A DNA stretch of 64,000 nt from positions 128,001-192,000 of IMG/VR virus record IMGVR_UViG_3300037067_027643. The stretch is one strand, 5' to 3'. The notes below the pieces were generated by a model. The model was given only the letters and a program-made list of their open reading frames with translations. It did not search any database and was not told the DNA's origin. Both the position numbers and the translations under genes were made by a program. Source of the stretch: a virus (taxonomy: Duplodnaviria; Caudoviricetes). Positions 60,126 to 64,000 of the stretch are shown here, one piece after another. How positions within the stretch are numbered: the first letter of the stretch is position 1; every line of letters begins with the position of its first letter.

Positions 60126-61430
60126 ATGAACATTATCCAAAAAGAAGAAACAATCAATTTTCAATTCGATAAAAATACAAATTTAAAAAGATTTTTGGAT
60201 AAGTTTAAAGACAAACAGATAGTAAGATTTTCGGTTGTAAAATCAAATAACCAATCGGATAAAATAATATGTGACTATGCAGTAGCGGAAAACATCTCTC
60301 ATCCAATTAAAAACATATTTGAATTTAATAAAAGACAATTTGTAAATAACAGTCAGTTTAATGCTGTAATGATTATTCCAACTGGTATTGGTGTAGAAGT
60401 TGGTGGAGATAGTGGTGATGGAAATGTAGCAGCTCGTTTAATAGGTTCGGTAGTAGATAATCTGATTACGCACCCAAACGTCGTAAATGCTGCCGATATA
60501 AATGAAATGACACCAAATACTTTATATGTAGAAGGAAGTGTATTAAATTGCTTTATATTAGGTAATATAGGGTTAAATAAAAGTAAAGGAAATAAAATAC
60601 TATTGTTATATGACAATTTAACACATGATGGAAGAGAAATAAATAATACTATAAAATCATGTTCTATTAATGCAGCTTCTAGTTTAAGAGTTACTTTGGG
60701 AAATAATATTGATGTATGTCCAATCGATCTTCCACCTAAATATGATTGTTACTTTAATGATAGAAATATGGCAGTTGGAACGGTTTATAATATTGAATAT
60801 TTAATTGATATAATTGATAAGTATAAAAATGATTACGATTGTTTTGCTCTCCATACTATTATGAACATGGAAGACAAAGATGTTTCATTTAAATATTTTA
60901 ATGAAGAAAGTATTGATGTTAATCCTTGGGGAGGACTGGAGGCAATGATATCACATACCATATCAAACATATTAGATATTCCTACAGCACATGCACCTAT
61001 GTTAGCAGATGGAACTTTTGATTATGAATATGGTATAGTAAATCCGACAAAGTGTCCAGAAACATTATCTAAAACGGAATTGTACTGTATTTTAAAAGGT
61101 TTATCATATTCACCAAAAATAATAACTGATAAAAATTTATTCAATAGAAATAGTGTATTAACAAATGAAGATATCAGTTGTTTAATTATTCCAGATAGAT
61201 GTATTAACCTACCTGTATTAGCAGCTTTAGAGCAAGATATACCTGTTATTACTATTAGTGATAATAAAAACATAATGGAAAATGATATAGATCTATTACC
61301 ATGGAAAGAAGGTAAATACTTCAAAGCTAAAAATTATTTAGAAGCAGTTGGATATATCGAATGTTTAAAACAAGGGATATCACCTTTTAATTTACAAAGA
61401 CCAATAAAAGCAACAAAAATTATTAACTAA
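60126..61430 (+). CDS. DUF3326-family protein
   Basis: IIPTGIG.EVGG.SGD, LITHPNVVNAAD, LYVEG, GG.EA.ISH, P.AHAP; late motif 60062-60071. Confidence 0.75.
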   Translation: MNIIQKEETINFQFDKNTNLKRFLDKFKDKQIVRFSVVKSNNQSDKIICDYAVAENISHPIKNIFEFNKRQFVNNSQFNAVMIIPTGIGVEVGGDSGDGNVAARLIGSVVDNLITHPNVVNAADINEMTPNTLYVEGSVLNCFILGNIGLNKSKGNKILLLYDNLTHDGREINNTIKSCSINAASSLRVTLGNNIDVCPIDLPPKYDCYFNDRNMAVGTVYNIEYLIDIIDKYKNDYDCFALHTIMNMEDKDVSFKYFNEESIDVNPWGGLEAMISHTISNILDIPTAHAPMLADGTFDYEYGIVNPTKCPETLSKTELYCILKGLSYSPKIITDKNLFNRNSVLTNEDISCLIIPDRCINLPVLAALEQDIPVITISDNKNIMENDIDLLPWKEGKYFKAKNYLEAVGYIECLKQGISPFNLQRPIKATKIIN

Positions 61431-61453
61431 CAGTAAACAAGGAATTAAACGTA

Positions 61454-62275
61454 ATGGAAAACAAATATAATGATTTAACTTCTTTGATAGAAGAATGGAG
61501 AAACTTAATTGATTGTGATGATGTTGAAAGAGACATCTGGGAGCGAAAACTTTTAGATTTTATTTATCCAATTAGATTTAAAGAGATTGATGAATTAGAT
61601 GAGTTAATATTTTTCATGAGAAACAATGATAAGAGTTGGAAGTTTTTACCCGGTAAACCATCATCTAGTAAGTATTTTGAAAAACAACACTTTAATAGTT
61701 TTATGGATTATTTTACTAGACGATTATCAACTGATACAACACAAAACATTCAAAATAAAATAATTAATTCATCATTAATAATACCTTGTGAATGTGATAT
61801 TGAATCAATTGGAAGTGTTATTGATACAAGCAAAATAATTAGACTTAAAAAGAATAGTGAAAATGTTGTAAATACACTTAAAAAATTAGGATTTAATAAT
61901 ATTGACAATTATGGATTTATTAACATGAAATTATTATTAACTTATTATCATAGAATTCATAGTCCTATTGATGGTATTGTTAAACAGATTATTCCTATAG
62001 AACAAGAAGATAACTTTTTTGGTGATAATTCTTTGTGGATTGTAGATATAGAAAACAAACAGTTTGGAAATGTTTATATGTTATTAGTAGGTGAAAGTTA
62101 TATACAAGATTTCTCTTTTAAAATTAAATTAGGAGACTGTATAAACAAATTTGATGAAATAGGAAATTTTAATTGGGGTAGTCAAACTGTAATGCTGTAT
62201 GATACGACTAAATTTAATAATAATATTTTAGCCAAAGAAAAAGAACATTATTTTGTGGGTGATTTTATTTTTTAA
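61454..62275 (+). CDS. Phosphatidylserine decarboxylase-like (pyruvoyl) proenzyme
   Basis: FNSFMDYFTRRL, PCEC, YYHRIHSPIDG, GNFNWGSQTV (self-cleavage GS). Confidence 0.7.
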   Translation: MENKYNDLTSLIEEWRNLIDCDDVERDIWERKLLDFIYPIRFKEIDELDELIFFMRNNDKSWKFLPGKPSSSKYFEKQHFNSFMDYFTRRLSTDTTQNIQNKIINSSLIIPCECDIESIGSVIDTSKIIRLKKNSENVVNTLKKLGFNNIDNYGFINMKLLLTYYHRIHSPIDGIVKQIIPIEQEDNFFGDNSLWIVDIENKQFGNVYMLLVGESYIQDFSFKIKLGDCINKFDEIGNFNWGSQTVMLYDTTKFNNNILAKEKEHYFVGDFIF

Positions 62276-63202
62276 TAATAACGAGCACATCCACCTTTAT
62301 TTAATCTTTTAGCATATCTTGCTGTTGCTTTATCTAATCTTATTTGTGAATTTTTAGAACCCCATCCTTTAGAAATATGTTCTGTATCTTTTGGTTTTGG
62401 TTTGCATTCTTTCTTATAAGTTATTCTATCATCTTCGATTTGATAAATAGAAATTTCAGTTGTATTGCAAAACGCTGGACGTGGTTCTTGATATAAATTA
62501 TCTAATTCTTTTCTTAATTCGCGTATCCATTCTATTGGAAAATTTGGATATATTCCGTTTTGGAAAATTGGTCTTATATAAATATATCCTTTCATTGATC
62601 CGGATTTAACGATTTTAACAGAAGTTTTAATTCCTAATTCGTTAAATATTTTCGTTTGGATATCACTTACTTTCATTTTATTATTTTTTAGAAATTATAG
62701 TTATCTTTTGAGTAATTTTTCATCGATTGGATGTTCTTGGTTATAATATCGAATAACCAATTCAAAAATTTCTTTATCTTCTATTTTTGTAGGTTTATAA
62801 GGTTTATAATTATTATCAAATACTCTTATGTTTAATCTTTGATTTTTATACCAATCATTACTATGACAAACATCATATTCTACAATTAATTCTTGTCCTT
62901 CTTTATTTTTATATATACAAACGCTCATATTATTTATTATTTAATTTTTTGTTTAATCTTATTTGATATATTTCCTGTTTTATATTCTTTGGAATTGTAG
63001 AATTAAATTGTCTTAATAATTGAAATGCTTTATTATAGTTTCTTTTTGCTTCTTTGTATTTATCACTATTTTTAACCACATCATTTACAAGTCCCATCTC
63101 ACCTCGATTACCAGCGATAACATTTTGTAATATTACATTTGCGTCATCTACCATTTTATTATAAAACTCACTTAATTCAAAATATTTTTTAATTGTCATC
63201 AT
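62272..63202 (-). other. Three early hypothetical CDS (62272-62676, 62701-62928, 62930-63202)
   Basis: ORF track; downstream of a host-type promoter. Confidence 0.55.
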
Positions 63203-63223
63203 TGTTTTAATTATTTAACATTA

Positions 63224-63255
63224 CAAATATACAACAATTATTTCATATAACCAAA
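63224..63255 (-). promoter_or_regulatory. Bacteroidota sigma-type promoter
   Basis: Minus strand TTTG-N20-TATATTTG. Confidence 0.8.
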
Positions 63256-63256
63256 T

Positions 63257-64000
63257 TTATTTTGAAAAATATTTACCTTTTAATACCCATGTACCTTTAA
63301 TTGGACTTTCTCCTGCTGGTTTCCAAACAAAATGATAAATTTTATTAACTATTGGGTTTACTTTTTCAAGTTCTGATTTATAAGTTGAAAATGCACTATT
63401 CATTTTAGTAGCATAATTATTTATAATATTTGCACCTACACCTCTTGCTTCTGGTGATTTTTTTCTAAATTCATCCCGTTGAATGCATAATTGAGGATCT
63501 ATTTCTAAATAAATAATCGAATTTAAATAATCTTGTGTAGCTGTTTCTTTAAACCTTTTCAATACAAAATCAGGATAAGCAGCTACTGTATCGTATATAA
63601 TATTATGTCCGCTTGTATAAATTTTATCTTGAAATATTTTATCTGATTCTTGCCTTGCAAAATCTCTGATATCAAAAAAATTAGAATAATATGATTTATT
63701 TATCTTATAATAGTTATGAAACTTAGATGAATAATTTAAATTTTCATTATTTTTAAACCAGTTCCAATCAGTTTTTATTTTTTGATTTACTTTTCCATTA
63801 TCTTCATATTGCATCGAATTCAAAACTTCATTAAATTTAAATTCTAATGATTTATCAAACAAATCATATAAAATCGAATAATCACTTTGTGCTGTCCTAT
63901 ATTGTAGTTCCTTAACTTGATTATCAGAATTAACAACATGATAAGAACTTAATTCTGGAAAATATTTTTTAAGTTCATTATTTATAAATGTAGATTTTCC
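63257..64000 (-). CDS. P-loop kinase (AAA_33/zeta-toxin-like), 5' end beyond the window
   Basis: Frame continues to 64000 reading GKSTFINN...VVNSD; NIIYDT; CIQRD..R. Confidence 0.7.
   Translation of the reverse strand, partial: GKSTFINNELKKYFPELSSYHVVNSDNQVKELQYRTAQSDYSILYDLFDKSLEFKFNEVLNSMQYEDNGKVNQKIKTDWNWFKNNENLNYSSKFHNYYKINKSYYSNFFDIRDFARQESDKIFQDKIYTSGHNIIYDTVAAYPDFVLKRFKETATQDYLNSIIYLEIDPQLCIQRDEFRKKSPEARGVGANIINNYATKMNSAFSTYKSELEKVNPIVNKIYHFVWKPAGESPIKGTWVLKGKYFSK

Noticed and set aside
1248-61324. Short antisense ORFs in the track (e.g. 1248, 3177, 4829, 6127, 16240, 23680, 33049, 37756, 41819, 60353, 61022)
   Set aside because: Shadow frames of well-supported genes, with Phe/Leu/Ser/Ile-rich composition typical of reverse-strand AT-rich DNA.
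1-64000. Alternative genetic code (TAG or TGA reassignment)
   Set aside because: Long conserved genes are intact in code 11, coding density is high, and reading through the TAG at 16188-16190 hits TGA 12 codons later without joining the next ORF.
1-64000. tRNA, rRNA, group I introns, inteins
   Set aside because: No cloverleaf/T-loop signatures in the short spacers and no intein-sized insertions with splice motifs seen; a tRNAscan/Infernal run would be needed to exclude them fully.

Overview
A 64-kb segment of a very AT-rich, large T4-like (contractile-tailed) phage genome. The host is most likely Bacteroidota, because seven promoters match the TTTG-N20-TAnnTTTG consensus. Blocks of virion genes (neck/head-tail, tail sheath, baseplate gp6/gp25-like, LamG/collar-type proteins) sit behind a phage-specific ACTATTTATA motif. 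They alternate with blocks of small early/accessory genes behind host-type promoters. Recognisable functions: TnpB, a PolA-superfamily (TV-Pol-like) polymerase, PhoH, ClpP, degenerate peptide deformylase, HD hydrolase, a PRPS-like + NAMPT-like pair (NARP1-type NAD+ reconstitution), ThyX, GT2, DHH, DEDDh nuclease, radical SAM, primase, VWA + divergent PurA, DUF3326 and a PS-decarboxylase-like protein. Best leads: (1) an RHH-TnpB cassette whose presumptive guide region is a dead, diverged copy of the 5' end of the neighbouring late gene, suggesting RNA-guided homing with self-immunity by recoding; (2) a radical SAM enzyme followed by an unannotated 35-aa peptide with two GHC motifs (candidate phage RiPP); (3) a pseudoknotted leader on the PolA-like gene; (4) a gene embedded exactly in a stop-codon-initiated heptamer array; (5) an H-type pseudoknot ahead of the VWA/PurA-like operon; (6) a shared LExLIENx[VI]RxI[LI]xE tag on many unrelated proteins. 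All calls come from motif reading by eye; no searches were run. No tRNA, rRNA or CRISPR array was seen.
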